A stretch of DNA of 64,000 bases. Origin: Candidatus Bathyarchaeota archaeon (GTDB lineage: Archaea; Thermoproteota; Bathyarchaeia; 40CM-2-53-6). Shown here piece by piece: positions 54,606 to 64,000 of this stretch. The stretch is from assembly GCA_963706285.1 (NCBI GenBank), contig CAVPLU010000013.1:64001-128000 (forward strand), written 5' to 3'. Numbering within the stretch: position 1 is the stretch's first letter; every line of letters begins with the position of its first letter. The position numbers and the translations under genes are program-made. The notes under the pieces were generated by a model. The model made no database searches. It saw only the letters and a program-made list of their open reading frames with translations, and was not told the origin of the DNA.

Positions 54606-55814
54606 ATGGGTTTTCCAGGAGCAACGAAAAACCAAACGACAGGCGTCGCACGCACCACATCCCAAAAACCACGATCCTTCCTGTTCACCTCCGAGAGTGT
54701 CACGGAGGGTCATCCTGACAAAGTCGCGGACCAAATCTCCGATGCGATCCTAGATGACATCATCTCCCAGGATCCAAAAGCGAGGGTAGACATTGAGACC
54801 CTAATAATGAAGGGCACCGTCATAGTTACGGGTCAGGTCACCACATCCGCCTATTCGCACATTCCTCGCATCATTCGAGGCGTCCTGCGAGATATTGGGT
54901 TCTATGATGCGAAGGTTGGTATCGACTGGGAGGCTTGCGGAGTCCTCGTCTCAATGGAAGAGCAATCGCCAGACATCGCGATGGGAGTCAATCGGGAAGA
55001 TATGGGTGCAGGAGATCAGGGCATGGTCTTCGGTCATGCAACAAACGAAACCCCAGAACTAATGCCCCTCCCAATAACCCTCGCACACAAGTTGGTTAGA
55101 AGGCTAGCGGATGTAAGAAAGCAAGGAATCCTCAAATACCTTCGACCCGACGGCAAATCACAGGTGACGATCGAGTACCAAAATGGCACACCCAAGAGAG
55201 TGGAAGCCATTGTAATCGCAGCTCAACACGATGAAAACGTCTCAAGGGAGGAAATGAGAAAAGACATTATCGAGAAAGTGATCAAGCCCGTTATCCCGTC
55301 AGAAATGCTCGACGAGAAAACTAAGTTCTTCATCAACGAAACTGGAAGGTTCACTGTCGGCGGTACACTTGCCGACACAGGTCTTACTGGCAGAAAGATA
55401 ATTGTCGACACTTATGGGGGAGTTGGAAGCCATGGCGGAGGCTGCTTCTCTGGAAAAGATCCCACGAAAGTCGACAGATCAGGCAGCTACATGGCCAGAT
55501 ACATCGCGAAGAATATAGTGGCCGCAGGACTCGCCGACAGATGTGACGTTCAGATCGCCTACGCTATCGGTGTGTCGAAACCCGTCTCAGTGATGGTCTA
55601 CACGTACGGCACAGGAAAAGTGCCTGATGAGAAGATTACGGAAGCGGTACTGAAAGTATTCGACATGAGGCCAAAGGCAATAATCGAACAATTGAAGCTT
55701 CTCAAACCCATCTACCGAAAAACGGCCGTTTATGGCCATTTCGGACGGGATGATCCAGACTTCACGTGGGAGAGGACGGATCGAATAGACGAACTCAGAA
55801 AACTCTGCGACTGA
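54606..55814 (+). CDS. metK: S-adenosylmethionine synthetase, bacterial type
   Basis: [59 protein letters not shown]. Confidence 0.96.
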   Translation: MGFPGATKNQTTGVARTTSQKPRSFLFTSESVTEGHPDKVADQISDAILDDIISQDPKARVDIETLIMKGTVIVTGQVTTSAYSHIPRIIRGVLRDIGFYDAKVGIDWEACGVLVSMEEQSPDIAMGVNREDMGAGDQGMVFGHATNETPELMPLPITLAHKLVRRLADVRKQGILKYLRPDGKSQVTIEYQNGTPKRVEAIVIAAQHDENVSREEMRKDIIEKVIKPVIPSEMLDEKTKFFINETGRFTVGGTLADTGLTGRKIIVDTYGGVGSHGGGCFSGKDPTKVDRSGSYMARYIAKNIVAAGLADRCDVQIAYAIGVSKPVSVMVYTYGTGKVPDEKITEAVLKVFDMRPKAIIEQLKLLKPIYRKTAVYGHFGRDDPDFTWERTDRIDELRKLCD

Positions 55815-56376
55815 CATATCCCCACCGAAATCAAGATATATTTTCTGCGGGCATCGCCTGAGCAAGCAGCGAGGGCACCGCATTACTGATCTGTTGGGAC
55901 TTCAGTGCAAGCGGTCCTGAGAACCTGTATGTGTCACGAAAAGAATGCAGTCGTGCAGCTTCTCGCGTTGTGAAGAATCTTGCGTGATCACTATCAGGCA
56001 AACATACATCAAGCTATCATTCTGCATGTGCACAAGTAGTGTGCTATCCCACTGCTGTTCCTTGGACGTCCCGATCCTATCTCATGTGAAATACACTCTT
56101 ACTGAATTGCGGTGCTCCAAAGTCAGCTGCATTGAGCATACTGGAATTCTCTAGTTCCCTCAAACCCTCCAAATTTGGCTGACGATTTTGCCGTTCTGAA
56201 AGAGCCAATACCCGGGGAAATTCTCCATGACGAAGAATTTCGGCCTTGCTTCCTTCATAACTAACATCATCAAACGATGCATTTACCGATAGAATTTCTT
56301 CGATTGCAGCGGAAAAGTGCAACGCCAGGCGATTATGCGTGAAGAACAGCAAGCGCATCAGCGCAAAATAGTAAGT

Positions 56377-56597
56377 TGGTGGGGCCGAAGGGATTGTCAT
56401 GGCGTGCCGCCATTTTGAACCCTCGACTTCCGCCGTTTTTCTTCGTCTACGGGTTTCTCCCGCGCTCCGGAAGATCGTCATCCCACATGGTCAGCAAACC
56501 CGTTGCATGCCAAAGGCTTCTGGAGCCCTTAACGGGGGTTGTCCTGTCGTCATCCCTGGCTAGATTCCGCCGAACCTTGATCATCGCCTACGGCCCC
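56377..56597 (-). tRNA. tRNA-Trp(CCA) with five BHB introns (10/11, 28/29, 37/38, 45/46, 59/60); CCA encoded
   Basis: Splicing out 56565-56587, 56529-56545, 56455-56519, 56428-56446 and 56394-56413 gives GGGGCCG TA GTCT AGCCAGGGA TGAC G ACGGG CTCCAGA CCCGT AGGTC GAGGG TTCAAAT CCCTT CGGCCCC A CCA. Confidence 0.88.
56455..56519 (-). ncRNA. Intron-encoded box C/D guide RNA of pre-tRNA-Trp
   Basis: ACGGGTTT-G-CTGA complementary to AAACCCGT (target C39); ATGACGA then CTTCCGGAGC near-complementary to GCTCCAGAAG (target C34). Confidence 0.75.
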
Positions 56598-56647
56598 ACT
56601 GGACGACGACGCTCTGGCCCCACCGAGCTAGACTCGCACGCGAACAA

Positions 56648-56658
56648 CATATTTAATG
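56648..56658 (-). promoter_or_regulatory. TATA box of tRNA-Trp transcript
   Basis: TTAAATA about 55 nt upstream of G1. Confidence 0.5.
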
Positions 56659-56798
56659 TTTCACACAGAGCCGCGTTCTTGCGGCAATCCAACTCTAGAC
56701 GCCCGACAAGAAAAGCCATCGACCTTCGATGACTGCCTTGTGAAGAACAGGCTCGTAATCAGTTAGTTGCGACCGAGGGCCTCAGTCAAAGCGTAGAC

Positions 56799-57359
56799 CT
56801 ATACGGAGAAGACTCTCAACAAGTCTGCTTTCGTGATTATTCCCGCTACCTGCCCTCTCTTCACTACCACAACTGCCGAATGGTACTGTAAGAGAGTCGA
56901 AATCAGAGACAGCGGCGCCTTCTCGTCAATCTGAGGGAAAGCCTCAGCCATCACCTTAGAGACAGGCATACTTGAAAGTTCTCGCGGGCTAATCCCTGAT
57001 ATGAGTCGATCCATGATCACTTTCTCTGCGATGCTTCCGACAATATTTCGTCCACCAAAAACTGGCAGTTGAGAGAATCCGCTTTCCTTCATTATCGCTG
57101 CCGCTCTTGAGATAGAATCGTTCTCATCTACTCCAACAACCTTCGATTGCAGGAGATCCCTCGCATGCGGTTCCTTTTCCCTCTGCATCTTCTCCAACGT
57201 ATCAAAGATGGCTTTCGTCTTGAGATAGGATGGCTCAGTCTTTCCGGCCTCTATTTTCGCGATCATTGATTGGCTCACGCCGGCAAGCCGTGCAAGATGC
57301 TTCTGACTCAGCCCGACGATGCGTCTTCGCTTTGAGATCTCCTCAAGCCTTGGGAGCAT
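56799..57359 (-). CDS. HTH plus tandem CBS domain transcription regulator
   Basis: GLSQKHLARLAGVSQSMIAKIEAG; GFSQLPV; GIITKADLL. Confidence 0.92.
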   Translation of the reverse strand: MLPRLEEISKRRRIVGLSQKHLARLAGVSQSMIAKIEAGKTEPSYLKTKAIFDTLEKMQREKEPHARDLLQSKVVGVDENDSISRAAAIMKESGFSQLPVFGGRNIVGSIAEKVIMDRLISGISPRELSSMPVSKVMAEAFPQIDEKAPLSLISTLLQYHSAVVVVKRGQVAGIITKADLLRVFSV

Positions 57360-57452
57360 GGACTCATCCGCCCTCGCAATATTCCTTCAGGAATATGTGG
57401 ATCAGAACTCTATTAATAGACGCTCTGGGTGTTGTGACCGCGAGGTTTCAGA

Positions 57453-57645
57453 ATGGCGAACATATCCGGCGGCGTGCTCAATCAGACTCCTGTGCAAGAT
57501 CAACCCATTGAGATATGCGAGAGAAAGGGGTTTGGCTATCCTGAAAGAAGTCTCCAAAAGCGTTCAAGAGCTCGCCGCTGCCGAACTCTCAAACATCAAC
57601 AAATTCAGCGAGGATCTTGCCTACGGGCGCATCCCAGTCTGCTGA
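57453..57645 (+). pseudogene. mat: Archaeal-type SAM synthetase (MAT) pseudogene with large internal deletion
   Basis: MANISGGVLNQTPVQDQPIEICERKGFGYP joined out of frame to LKEVSKSVQELAAAELSNINKFSEDLAYGRIPVC*. Confidence 0.82.
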
Positions 57646-57741
57646 GACATAGCCGCTCACTTCCCAACATGTAGTGCCTGTTTCTCTACCCTGAGCCGGC
57701 CACCGCGCTGAATCCCAGCTTGTGAGGAGCTTCAGACAGGA

Positions 57742-58674
57742 TTGCTTTCAAGCCTGAAAGAAGAGGCTACATCAGCTTTCAGGAAAGTCGTAACAGCGCT
57801 CGTTCTGATTCTTTTGGCCTCCTACTTGATCTCGATGATCCTTGGCCCAATCCTCTTCTACACATCACGCGAGGGACTTGATGCTGCATCCAACCTGATC
57901 ACTAAGCTCCCACTAAGCCTGTTCATGATTGCTGACTTCTCGATTCCTATGGGAACCTACGTGGGCATATTCTTCTTCATGATTTGGATGCTCTTCGCTG
58001 CCGCATTTGTTTTGGCCTGGATTGATGCTCCGAGTTTCCCCATCTCGATCAAGAAAGTCACCCAACGAGTCAACGTAATCGGTTCAAACTACCTCATTGT
58101 TCTACCACAAGTGTCCACCATTGTGCTCGTCGCAATTGTGGTGCTTCAAGCGTTCCAGGAATCCGCAGGCGTCCAGACAGGCAGCATCTCTTTCGAGAAT
58201 CCAGTGATCGGTTTCCTGTCTGTCTCTTATGCTCCATTAGTGGAAGAGCTCAGCTACAGGATAACAACCCTGGGTCTTCTAGATGGGCTGTATCTTGTAT
58301 GGAGGACCCGGCACCAAGAACAGTACCAAGGCATCAAGGGTGCCGTCTACCTTCTAGCAGGTACAATGTGGAAACCGGACGGACCAAAGAGACTGTTAGG
58401 ATTCAAGACAATTCGAGACAACGGCTTGAAAGGAATCTCGCGGATCGAGTGGCTCATTCTGATTGCGACGTCAGGAGCTTTTGGAGCTGCTCACTATCTA
58501 TACGGGGGCGGATGGGAGATCGGCAAGGTTTCCACTGCGATGATATCGGGACTTGCGTTGGGCTACGTCTATCTACGCTATGGTGCATATGCTCCCATCT
58601 TGCTTCATTGGTACTTCAACTACTATTTTGGAACCTTTGATCTCGCTTCACAACTGAACATGCCCGAGCGCTGA
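57742..58674 (+). CDS. CPBP (Abi/CAAX) intramembrane metalloprotease; C-terminus possibly frameshifted
   Basis: APLVEELSYR, FGAAH, ILLHWYFN. Confidence 0.88.
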   Translation: MLSSLKEEATSAFRKVVTALVLILLASYLISMILGPILFYTSREGLDAASNLITKLPLSLFMIADFSIPMGTYVGIFFFMIWMLFAAAFVLAWIDAPSFPISIKKVTQRVNVIGSNYLIVLPQVSTIVLVAIVVLQAFQESAGVQTGSISFENPVIGFLSVSYAPLVEELSYRITTLGLLDGLYLVWRTRHQEQYQGIKGAVYLLAGTMWKPDGPKRLLGFKTIRDNGLKGISRIEWLILIATSGAFGAAHYLYGGGWEIGKVSTAMISGLALGYVYLRYGAYAPILLHWYFNYYFGTFDLASQLNMPER

Positions 58675-59017
58675 CCTGCTTGCTCTTGGTATAGAATTCT
58701 TGAATCTTGGCGGCGGAATCATCCTTGCATCAGGTTTGATTGTATCTTCCGTCGCCAGACTCTGGTCTGCCACGCGGCACAGGACCTAGATTCGAAGAAG
58801 AACGCCAATGACCTTCCAAATATTCACGATTCGAACCCTGAAAGCCTACCATCGCAGGCGCCGGAGTGTATATCACCGCCAAGTTCATGTGCATTTGTAG
58901 GCTTTGCAGCAGACGGAACGATCCTATCAAGAGTGTATCTGCGGGAGAATCCTTGGCATGAAAACTGATACAAGAGCGATAAAACTCGATACTGAGAGAA
59001 ACGCCGGACATGATGAG

Positions 59018-61476
59018 ATGAGGCTTCCTCCTAGATATGAGCAGTCCACGCTTGAGGCGTCATGGCAGAAGAACTGGGAGCAGACTGGTATCTATCACTA
59101 TGACGCGAGCGACCGTTCGAGACCAACCTACTCGATCGACACGCCTCCACCTTACCCAAGCGGGGAATTTCATATGGGAAACGCTCTCAACTGGTGCTAT
59201 TTCGACTTCGTTGCCCGCTACAAACGAATGCGCGGATACAACGTCCATTTCCCTCAGGGGTGGGATTGCCATGGTCTTCCGACGGAGGTTAGGGCCGAAC
59301 GCACCTTCAACATCAAGAAACGAGACATATCGGTTGACAAATTCCGCGAGATTTGTGTGAAACTGACCACCGAGTATATCGAGAAAATGAAAACCGCGAT
59401 GCAGTCTATGGGATATTCAATCGACTGGAACCTTGAATACCGAACCATGGATCCCGAATACTATAAGCTGACGCAACTTTCGTTTCTACAACTCCTCAAA
59501 CGTGGACTCCTCTACAGAGGAGAACATCCAGTGAACTGGTGCCCAAGGTGTGAGACGGCAATCGCGGAGGCAGAGGTTGAATATGTCAGAAAGCAAAGGT
59601 ACCCTCCTCGACATTCCTCTTCTCCACACAAAAGGGCGACTTAGTCGTCGCAACCTCACGCCCAGAGTTCATTCCTGCCTGTGTGGCATTGGCGGTGAAC
59701 CCGACCGACACCCGTTACGCGGGATATGTTGGAAACGAAGCCGTGGTGCCTCTTGTGGATCGCAGGATTCCCATCCTGAAGGATGAGCTCGTTGACGTTA
59801 GTTTCGGCAGTGGCGTCGTGATGATATGTACGTTTGGCGATAAGACCGATGTCCGCTGGCAACACAAATATGCCCTTCCAGTTGTGAAACTCCTGGACGC
59901 GCAAGGGCGGTTAACGCAAGAAGCGGGAAAATATGCAGGACTCAAGATCCAAGAGGCACGGAAGGCAATCGTCGAGGACCTAAAGAATGCTTCAAAGATA
60001 GGTGGATCAAAACCAATTGAACGCGAGATAGGCACCTGCTGGAGATGCCACACTCCAGTCGAGATCCTGTCAGCTCCACAGTGGTTCATGAAGACCAAAG
60101 ATATGACGAACGAGATAGTCGAATGGACCAACAAAGTCACTTGGGTGCCAGATTTCTCCAAGAACAGGATGATAGAGTGGGCAAAGTCTCTCGACTGGGA
60201 CTGGGTAATTTCTAGGCAGAGACTGTTCGGAACCCCGATACCAGTTTGGTACTGTCGCAAGTGTGAGCAAATATTCGCTGGAAAAGAGGAATGGCTGCCC
60301 GTCGACCCACGCTCCCAGAAACCACCGGCAGGATCCTGCCCACACTGTGGATCAACCGAGTTCATCGGTGACCAAGATGTTATGGACACTTGGATGGACT
60401 CATCAATCACATGCGCCGTCCACGCTGGGTGGCCAGCAAAGGTTGATGAATTTCAGAGACTATTTCCCGCAGACCTCCAACCCAATGGTCTGGACATCAT
60501 ACGGACATGGGATTACTATCTGATGGCAAGACACCTTGCCCTATTTGGACAGGCACCGTACAAGACTGTCCTCGTAAACGGTATGGTTCGTGGCGCCGAC
60601 GGCAGAATGATGCACAAATCGTACGGCAACTACGTAGAAGTCACAGAGGCGATCATGAAGTATGGAGCAGACTCCGTCAGGCAATGGGCAGCGGCGGGGG
60701 GATCCACGGGCTACGACATCCCTTACAGATGGGCAGACGTTGAGTACGGCCGCAAGTTCCTGACAAAACTATGGAATGCTGCTCGGCTAATACTCTCTTC
60801 GCTCCAAGACTACGACTCCGCCCTCGCAGCTCCGAAGCTGGACTTGCTCGACAGATGGCTGTTAAGTAAACTCAACAACCTTATCAAGACCTCCACGGCC
60901 GCTTTTGAGAACTTCCAATTCAGCGTCGCCACAGAATCTACGAGAAACTTCATTTGGCATGATCTCTGTGACCAATATCTGGAAGCAGTGAAATACAGGC
61001 TATATGCCGAGCATTCCCCAGAGAGCGAAAACCGAAGAGCCGCTCAGTACACCCTATTCCAGACTCTGGAAGTTGTTCTGAGACTGCTCACCCCTATCTG
61101 CCCTCACGTCACGGACGCTCTTTATCATGAGCTCTGCCATGACCGGCCAAACGTTAGAAGCATCCACTCGGATGCCTGGCCCCTTGCAAATGATGAGCTC
61201 ATTGATCCGGAATCCGAAAGAAATGGATCGATCATTGTTCGAATACTCTCAGAAGTCCGTCGCTTGAAGTCAGAGAAACGACTCTCAATGAAGGCCCCCA
61301 TCAAGAGATTAACAGTCGAATCAACAGAAGAAGTGATGTGCGTACTCCGCGAACATGTAGACGCCATTTGTCAGATAGCCGTTGTCGAACAGGTTGAGAT
61401 CGTTCCCATCAAACGGCCAATGGATGATTTGCCCCCACAGAAGGACAACGACATCCGGCTCTCCGTACAATTCTAG
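59018..61476 (+). CDS. valS: Valine--tRNA ligase; frameshifts near 59590-59640
   Basis: IDTPPPYPSG.FHMGN, GWDCHGLPTE, DWVISRQR, DTWMDSS, MMHKS. Confidence 0.95.
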
Positions 61477-61526
61477 GCGCGAAGTCTTTAATACATAATC
61501 TCAGTTTGTTAGGGCGGCGATCTTCC

Positions 61527-61814
61527 ATGAAGATAACTGAGCTAACACCGGGGATGAAAGGAGTCAATGTCGAGGGCAGAATTACGGAGAAGGGAGAACC
61601 CCGACAGGTCCAGACCAGATACGGCGAGAGTAGAGTAGCCGATGCTATCTTGACAGACGATTCTGGATCGATCAAGCTGTCTCTATGGAATGAGCAGATA
61701 GACAACTTCAAAATCAATGATGAAGTACGGATTGAGAATGGCTACATCACAAGCTTCAGAGGCGAAGCACAACTTTCCCCGGGAAGAACAGGGCGCCTTA
61801 CGCTAAAGCAATAG
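61527..61814 (+). CDS. Single OB-fold ssDNA-binding protein
   Basis: VADAILTDDSGSIKLSLWNEQ...IENGYITSFRGE. Confidence 0.88.
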   Translation: MKITELTPGMKGVNVEGRITEKGEPRQVQTRYGESRVADAILTDDSGSIKLSLWNEQIDNFKINDEVRIENGYITSFRGEAQLSPGRTGRLTLKQ

Positions 61815-61890
61815 TAGCAAGAGATAGCTTTCACGGCACCTAGCTAGCGCTCCGCGAATAACGGAGCCCCGGGTAGGAGTAATTTCTGAT

Positions 61891-62772
61891 ATGAGCGAAG
61901 ACGAGAGACTCGCCAAGATCAAAGATTTACTTGATTCTACGCTCGCTGAATTCGAGTCCGTCTTCAAGTCCGCAGGGACTTTTGATCAGTCGCGAGTGGG
62001 AAACGGTTGGACACCTTCAAACATTCGAATCCAGACGTATATGATCGACCCCATGTCATTTGATCAGGCTCGGAAGATTGCAGAATCGCGGAAAGCTAGA
62101 GCCTTTGGACCTTTTGGATGGCTACGAGTACGGCCTGGCCGAATGCACTTGATAGGTGAACCTACACTGGTCTTCTTTCCGTTTTGGCGTGTGAGGGGAT
62201 ATCACGAATGCTTCTACTTCCGAGGGAAGACGTACACGACGACTGTCCCAGATGATGTCATGGCCGTCCAAATGGGCGGGCGAATGCGAGCATTGACTTC
62301 ACAGCTCAAAGCTGAACGTTCTGTTATGGCTAGAGCAAGAAATGTGCTCAAGCGAACTCTGACGGCGCGAGCTGAGCCTAGATATTTCACAGTCGACGGC
62401 GCTATAGAACTTGCACGTCAATTCAGTGATGCATCGGTCATTGTCAACGGAGAGGGTAAGGAGGATGTTTCGATGGAGTACCTGCTTGAGAAAAAGCCAC
62501 AAATGCATCATATGGAGGAAGATCGCGAGCGAGGTGAACAGAAACCGGCTATCAAGTTCGCCCCGTTGGCTTTGCAGGCGGAAGATGTTGTGCGGGTTCT
62601 TCATGGCAGAGTGGTGAAACCACCACCTGTCTTCAACAAGATATTGACGAATAGGTTTGAGGTCACAGAACTTAGTCTTATTGAATTGCCAATCTATGTT
62701 TTCACATACAGGTATCTTGGCAGAGAGAAAGAACTCCGAATTCACGGGGTAACGGGCGAATTGCTGAGGTAG
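61891..62772 (+). CDS. Hypothetical protein
   Basis: 293-aa ORF; FFPFWRVRG and LPIYVFTY...IHGVTGEL; no confident family. Confidence 0.7.
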   Translation: MSEDERLAKIKDLLDSTLAEFESVFKSAGTFDQSRVGNGWTPSNIRIQTYMIDPMSFDQARKIAESRKARAFGPFGWLRVRPGRMHLIGEPTLVFFPFWRVRGYHECFYFRGKTYTTTVPDDVMAVQMGGRMRALTSQLKAERSVMARARNVLKRTLTARAEPRYFTVDGAIELARQFSDASVIVNGEGKEDVSMEYLLEKKPQMHHMEEDRERGEQKPAIKFAPLALQAEDVVRVLHGRVVKPPPVFNKILTNRFEVTELSLIELPIYVFTYRYLGREKELRIHGVTGELLR

Positions 62773-64000
62773 CGCCAAATCGATGGGTGATTCGGGCGCC
62801 GTCTGAACGCGGATAGAGTCCGCTTCGTCTCAAGATACAGGCGTCGCCAGAATTTCGAAAGCAGCCATCTAGCCACAAGAAGCACAGCTGCGACTACAAT
62901 GACTATCTCGAGCAATGTGTAAGGTTCCGTGGCTACTTCAAGAAAGCTTGACCCTGAGTTGCCGTAGATATCCGTAGCCTCGACGTTCAGTCTCCAACTT
63001 CCAAGTCTTAGCAGATCGCCCCAAGAGAAGGCGTACTTGATTATCCAGACAGGGGTCGTTTTGTCATGAGTTACTGTCGCGTTCATCTTTGAGTCTGAAG
63101 CGTTCAACCAAGCTCGGACTGTTGCATTAGTGACTGTTGTGCCATCGGGGTAGGTGACTTCTGCATATGCCGTAAGTGTGTCGAACGGGACTTGGTAGCG
63201 GGTAGAATTCGAGACAGAACCTACCAAAAGCGTTGCAGGAGTCACGGTGAAGCTACTTGTCTCGACGTCCTTTCCTGGTCCAGTGTTCCCTTTCCCGTCG
63301 TCAAAGGCCTTGGCCAACATTAGGAACTTGTAGTTCACATCAAGTGATGCGTTCTGTGGGATTCTGTACTGAGCAGTCCAAATCCCACTCGTCGTCCCCG
63401 AGATTGCGAGGCTAAGATCTTCTGTTTTCAGCTGCCCTGCATACAACGCAACCGGTTTAAGGCCGCTCCTGACGCTAACAACTTCGGAAGAGTCAGGGTA
63501 TCGTATGATGAACTCGGCAGAGGCCGCCTGCGTTCTCTCGTAGGAGGTATGTGGCGCAACATTGACTGAAACATTCAGGAGTGCCGGGGTCACACTGAAC
63601 TTCGACAGAGAGACGAACTCTGCGTTTGGAGAATCATATGTCCCCACGCCATCTATGAAAACGGTGTAGGATTCAGGCATGGCGTCCGACGGAATCTTCC
63701 AAGTCGCAGCAAAAGTACCTGTTTGATTTGCTGCAATTGTTGTGTCATAGACGAAAGCTGCTGAGGGGTTTCGGATGGTAACCTTCAAACTAGCTTTGGG
63801 GAGGACACCGCCACCGACGGCCTTTACAATCTCCGTGCGTTGATATACGTACTTGTCAGTCCCCCATATTCCGTAGTGCGCACGAGCTATTGCAACATCC
63901 GATTTAGTTGAGTTGGAAATGCTGACCAAGTAGGTTCCTAGGGTAGCATTCGGTTCGATCGGCAACGAAATGGAAGGCGGGATCTGTCCCTTATCTGTCG
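62742..64000 (-). CDS. Beta-rich (Ig-like repeat) surface protein with C-terminal TM anchor; 5' end outside window
   Basis: Repeated YPD..V / W...Y.IP strands; C-terminal hydrophobic helix and basic tail. Confidence 0.75.
   Translation of the reverse strand, partial: TDKGQIPPSISLPIEPNATLGTYLVSISNSTKSDVAIARAHYGIWGTDKYVYQRTEIVKAVGGGVLPKASLKVTIRNPSAAFVYDTTIAANQTGTFAATWKIPSDAMPESYTVFIDGVGTYDSPNAEFVSLSKFSVTPALLNVSVNVAPHTSYERTQAASAEFIIRYPDSSEVVSVRSGLKPVALYAGQLKTEDLSLAISGTTSGIWTAQYRIPQNASLDVNYKFLMLAKAFDDGKGNTGPGKDVETSSFTVTPATLLVGSVSNSTRYQVPFDTLTAYAEVTYPDGTTVTNATVRAWLNASDSKMNATVTHDKTTPVWIIKYAFSWGDLLRLGSWRLNVEATDIYGNSGSSFLEVATEPYTLLEIVIVVAAVLLVARWLLSKFWRRLYLETKRTLSAFRRRPNHPSIWRYLSNSPVTP

Noticed and set aside
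56598-56621. Sixth intron in the tRNA-Trp acceptor stem
   Set aside because: The registers tested (3/4, 6/7) give no paired BHB central helix; treated as leader.
56077-56732. ORFs 56077..56481 and 56376..56732
   Set aside because: They overlap the tRNA-Trp gene; spurious.
59560-59700. Frameshifts in valS, the TtuA-like gene, the kinases and KaiC as programmed frameshifting or pseudogenes
   Set aside because: They are scattered, often at short homopolymers, and hit essential genes; long-read indel error is the simpler explanation.
1-64000. CRISPR array, cas genes or other defence systems
   Set aside because: No regularly spaced repeats or recognisable defence proteins apart from a HicAB pair.

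Overview
Archaeal chromosome segment of TACK type, most consistent with Bathyarchaeia. Evidence: EF-1alpha, aRF1, pelota, archaeal DnaG, a stand-alone 5S rRNA, a 7S SRP RNA and Bathyarchaeia-like integrase remnants. Many single-base frameshifts, even in valS, look like long-read indel errors. About 4.45-29.4 kb is a decayed integrative island at tRNA-Leu(CAA), bounded by a degenerate att copy. It is packed with two-component signalling genes (3 PAS kinases, 5 receivers, Hpt, KaiC-like ATPase, DUF3227-like paralogs), an MshEN-GT2 glycosyltransferase, a ferritin-GH130 fusion and surface proteins. 29.6-64 kb is core translation and housekeeping DNA. Main findings, none visible in the ORF track: a tRNA-Trp(CCA) gene split by five bulge-helix-bulge (BHB) introns, one of them a C/D guide; a three-intron tRNA-Leu(CAA); a hollowed-out archaeal SAM synthetase next to an intact bacterial-type metK; and an rps11 that appears to start at ATC. 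All alignments and folds were done by eye.
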